IMG/VR virus record: IMGVR_UViG_3300031688_000022
Span: 1 to 54,777 of that record
Direction: 5' to 3' (one strand)
Length of the DNA: 54,777 nucleotides
Source of the DNA: a virus
Lineage: Duplodnaviria; Caudoviricetes
Within the stretch, counting starts at the first letter, position 1. Each line of letters starts with the position of its first letter. A program made the translations under genes and the position numbers. Below the pieces are notes generated by a model. That model searched no databases and had not been told where the DNA came from. It saw only the letters and a program-made list of their open reading frames with translations. This document shows positions 51,433 through 54,777 of this stretch, in pieces.

Positions 51433-54006
51433 TTAACCCATATATGGTGAAAGAATAGCTTGCATGGCATCAGAGTCATGTTTCTTCATGATGTAGTAGA
51501 TTTCGTCTCTTACGAATGTGTCCATTCTACCCCAAACTTTGTCCCACGTATCAGAACCCTTCCTACTAATGATTGCTGGTTCCCCATCATCACTCTCTAC
51601 TTCAATGCCCTTTTTAAGTTGTGCTATGATTGCACCAACTTCTTTGTCATTGATGGTCTCTGCCTTCTCTAATTTCTTTAGGTCGGGATAGACTTTTGAA
51701 CTGATTTTTAACGTAGACTTAACAACTTTCTCTAAGATTTCCTCTTCACCCATGTTAAGTTTAGGTTTTTTATACTTTCCTACTGGTGATTTAGCTTTGT
51801 TTCTATCGACTGATTCTTTAAAAGTAAACCCAATCTTAGGTAAGGTGTTCTCACCATAGTTTGCATAGTCTAATGCTTTCTTAACAGATTTGGCCTTTGA
51901 AAGACCCTTCTTAAGTTTCTCAATTTTCTTGATTGCAAAAGACATAGCACCATCGTGATCAAGTGCAATTTTTACTGCTAATTTCTCGAACTGGTCTGTG
52001 ACCTTGTTCTTTCTAAAGTATACAGATATCTCTTGACCTGTTAGTTTACTTCCTGACATAGAAGGTTTTTCAGTTAAGTTCTGAGACTCTTCTTTAATTC
52101 CTTTTCCTACAGCAGTGTCGTATAACTTCTTACCGTCTGCACCTTTTAGAGTCGTTGCATCTGTCGGGTTAGAAACTGCTTTGTATTCTGAACCTTCTTT
52201 CATACCCATAATACGTTGTGCAAGACCTACAAGTTTTTTAACATCGGAGTTTTCCATGTTTGCTTTGTTCTTGTCATTTACCTTTTCGTATGCTTGAGTG
52301 ATAACACTTGCAGTGAACATGTCTACCATGATTCCACCGATTTTCTTTGCACCCTTAGTGTTAACGATTTCTTGAAAAGCAGGTATTAGGTTCTTACCTT
52401 CAGTGAGTACTTCTTCTTCTATAATATCCATGTTTTCTCCTTCAACCGATTCGTTTCTTCTCTTCGGTTTTTGACTGTAATAGTCTTTTAAAAATGATTT
52501 TGCCATTGATAAAGGAATCTTATATTCCTTTGCAAGGTCTTTTGCAGATATTCCATCTTGGATATCTACTAACATATCTGACATCACACCTTCTTCTAGG
52601 AAGATACCATGTTCGATTGCAGATTCCATAACGAATGATTCATCGAAATGAGAACCTTGTCCACTAGTAGATGGGTCTCCGTATGTTGACTTACCTCGGA
52701 CAACACCATCAAGTTTTCTTAGGTTTGATTTAGTTCCATCTAGTTGTACTAGTGTAACACCACCACTACCTTTTGTGAACTTAACTTTCAACTTCATCAA
52801 CTTGGCTGCACTTGTGAATGCATCTGATTCGGGTTTTTGGATACCTTTAACTTGGTATACGATCTTCTCTTCTGAGATAGTTTCTTCTCTTAATCCTTTT
52901 AGGTTACCACGGTATTTTATTTTACCTTCTACGGCTTCGTCTTCACCAATTACTGCACCTTTCAATCTTCGGGAATCTGAAGGAGTTGCTTTATCCCAAC
53001 CACCACCGTGGTCTTCTGCAGTCTTTAGTTTACTTAATGAAACATATAGAGGTTGTAAGTCTACACCATCATCATAATCGGATGTTTTACTGTAAGATTT
53101 GTCAATCATAAGACCGACTTTGTATGCACTTGAACCTTCTTGAGGTGTTGAGTAAACTGGTTTCTGTTTGATTTTATTTGTTCTACAATATGCATCAACC
53201 ATCTTCTTTGCAGTTTCAAAGTCCTTCTTATTCTCTTCTGAAGTGACTCTGTCTCCTTTACCACCTCTGAATTGAATGTAGAAATCTACACATCTAGAAT
53301 ATACTTTATCTGCATAAGGTTTGAAATTCTCAGAAACATCTTCTTTAATTTTACCTTTAACTATATCTTCAAGGTCACGAGACAACCAATCAAAAAACTC
53401 ATCGGGGTTATCAGTCTTAATTTCATTGTTGTCCATTGCCCAAGTTGTTAGGTCATCTTCTGCTTTCTTACCTGCCGACCCTGAGAATGATAAATCACCA
53501 GTTTTGTATGCTTTTGTAAGTTCTCTTTTATGTTTCTTGAAGATATCTTTTATCTTCATTGATTCTTCAACTGATTCTTTCTTGTCCTTGACTGCATTCA
53601 TATAGCCTGGCAATACCGCTGCTTTTGGGTCACCCATGTTCTTTGCACCTTTCTTTAGTGCCTCTGAACTGTTTCGTGCTTTAACTACTACACTACGACC
53701 TTTCTTTAATTTGTTGATGTCTTTGGTTACTGTTACTCTCCAAAAATCCATTCCTTCCATGAATGCTTCGACTTCTTCGTTCACGTCTCTTACCGTGAAA
53801 TCTTCGTTGTAAGGGAATCCCTTTAATGGGTTGTCAAAAACCTGAGAGAAATTCTTTGATCGTTCTTTCTTCTTCTCTAAATTTTTTGCAGCTGAAAGTT
53901 TTAGATACTCATCAACCGTCTGGCCTGGGGTATCACCTTTGTATGCAGCTGCAATATCTTTAGTACCCACTTCATGGACACCGTTGTTTTTCTTATTTCC
54001 TGACAT
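51433..54006 (-). CDS. Large modular Lys/Glu-rich protein, putative virion-internal polyprotein
   Basis: 857 aa; short domains separated by Glu-rich linkers. Confidence 0.75.
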   Translation of the reverse strand: MSGNKKNNGVHEVGTKDIAAAYKGDTPGQTVDEYLKLSAAKNLEKKKERSKNFSQVFDNPLKGFPYNEDFTVRDVNEEVEAFMEGMDFWRVTVTKDINKLKKGRSVVVKARNSSEALKKGAKNMGDPKAAVLPGYMNAVKDKKESVEESMKIKDIFKKHKRELTKAYKTGDLSFSGSAGKKAEDDLTTWAMDNNEIKTDNPDEFFDWLSRDLEDIVKGKIKEDVSENFKPYADKVYSRCVDFYIQFRGGKGDRVTSEENKKDFETAKKMVDAYCRTNKIKQKPVYSTPQEGSSAYKVGLMIDKSYSKTSDYDDGVDLQPLYVSLSKLKTAEDHGGGWDKATPSDSRRLKGAVIGEDEAVEGKIKYRGNLKGLREETISEEKIVYQVKGIQKPESDAFTSAAKLMKLKVKFTKGSGGVTLVQLDGTKSNLRKLDGVVRGKSTYGDPSTSGQGSHFDESFVMESAIEHGIFLEEGVMSDMLVDIQDGISAKDLAKEYKIPLSMAKSFLKDYYSQKPKRRNESVEGENMDIIEEEVLTEGKNLIPAFQEIVNTKGAKKIGGIMVDMFTASVITQAYEKVNDKNKANMENSDVKKLVGLAQRIMGMKEGSEYKAVSNPTDATTLKGADGKKLYDTAVGKGIKEESQNLTEKPSMSGSKLTGQEISVYFRKNKVTDQFEKLAVKIALDHDGAMSFAIKKIEKLKKGLSKAKSVKKALDYANYGENTLPKIGFTFKESVDRNKAKSPVGKYKKPKLNMGEEEILEKVVKSTLKISSKVYPDLKKLEKAETINDKEVGAIIAQLKKGIEVESDDGEPAIISRKGSDTWDKVWGRMDTFVRDEIYYIMKKHDSDAMQAILSPYMG

Positions 54007-54777
54007 TTGGTAATGCTCCCTTTTCTTTTAATTTCTTCATTCTTAGTCTAGGCTCTTTCCTGTTATAGTTTTGAGACACTAGGGATAAGTTATTCTTATC
54101 ATTGTTTAGTGGGTTGTTATCCTTGTGATGCACATCCTTACCATCACCTGCTTTGGCCTTACCCTCTTTTTCCATTTGTCTACGAGCTCTTTTTCTCGCA
54201 GCGTTTCTTTCCATCTGTTCGGGTTTACCAAGGTAGTTTTCCCTTTCTTTCTTGTAATCCCTTCCTTCCGACATGTGGTATCCACTACCATCACAATGAG
54301 TACACTCTTTATCGTCTACTTCACCAGAGCCTTTACATTCGGGACAAGTCACCTTTGATTCTTCTTTAGGCACACAATTTGGAACTTGTTTACCGTTCTT
54401 CTTCTTCATACCCACTTGTTTATGAGAATCCCAGCAAGGGTCTTCCTCATTGATTAGGTCTTCTTCTACTGACTCTCCAAACTTAAGGAATAACTTACCC
54501 TTCTCTTGTGCTTGGTCTGTTACCTTATGACCAACCATTGCACCTATAGTGTTAATCATACCCAATCCTTTTTCAGGATTTTTATTGTATTCTTTGTCTA
54601 ATCGTTCTGCAACTTTCTTAGTGATCAATTTAATGATATCAAAAGCACTTGTTACGAGTTTACCTTCCTCTACTTCAGACTCCTCGTTCTTGTTCTTATT
54701 CTTTGCATCATAGTCTTTGATAGACTTTTTTGCAGACTTCATCATTCTTTTTTGATGGGCCTTTTGTTGAGACTGAT
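53993..54777 (-). CDS. Modular protein with DnaJ-type Zn finger and HNH-like C-terminus, 5' partial
   Basis: Frame open to the window edge; DPCWDSHKQVGMKKKNGKQVPNCVPKE, CPECKGSG..CTHCDGSG, KDVHHKDNNPLNN..NL..NR. Confidence 0.75.
   Translation of the reverse strand, partial: QSQQKAHQKRMMKSAKKSIKDYDAKNKNKNEESEVEEGKLVTSAFDIIKLITKKVAERLDKEYNKNPEKGLGMINTIGAMVGHKVTDQAQEKGKLFLKFGESVEEDLINEEDPCWDSHKQVGMKKKNGKQVPNCVPKEESKVTCPECKGSGEVDDKECTHCDGSGYHMSEGRDYKKERENYLGKPEQMERNAARKRARRQMEKEGKAKAGDGKDVHHKDNNPLNNDKNNLSLVSQNYNRKEPRLRMKKLKEKGALPNVRK

Noticed and set aside
1-54777. Stop-codon reassignment
   Set aside because: Core genes are full length in the standard code and TAA, TAG and TGA all terminate conserved genes; no suppressor tRNA

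Overview
About 55 kb of a large, AT-rich T4-like myophage genome of the marine/aquatic type. The host is probably a Gram-negative proteobacterium, inferred from sigma70 promoters, a spanin pair, a TIGR02001-like porin, IscA and RimK. A short + strand tail/baseplate block (gp2 end, gp54-like, gp26, gp51-like, tape-measure-like) converges on a long - strand run. That run carries replication and transcription genes (gp32, gp59, gp33, RNase H, gp61 primase, nrdA, nrdB, glutaredoxin), host-like auxiliary genes (bS21, RimK-like ligase, IscA, MazG-like, split carbamoyltransferase, radical SAM/SPASM, SDR, sulfotransferase-like, about seven 2OG-Fe(II) oxygenases), many small early ORFs behind repeated sigma70 promoters, tRNA-Ser(TGA), tRNA-Thr(TGT) and a block of Glu-rich putative virion-internal proteins. 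The most striking unexplained signals are: (1) a strict sequence rule, in which every Pro-Gly and Gly-Pro codon pair checked is spelled so that CCNGG or GGNCC overlaps GCC/GGC, hinting at an uncharacterised DNA modification/restriction system; (2) a ~260-nt multi-stem RNA ending in CCA just upstream of tRNA-Ser; (3) a second structured element between gp32 and bS21; (4) a probable -1 frameshift fusing gp26 to gp51; (5) tandem perfect DnaA boxes; (6) several apparently leaderless mRNAs; (7) modular proteins punctuated by prohead-protease-like sites. All calls come from motif recognition by eye; no searches or folding programs were run.
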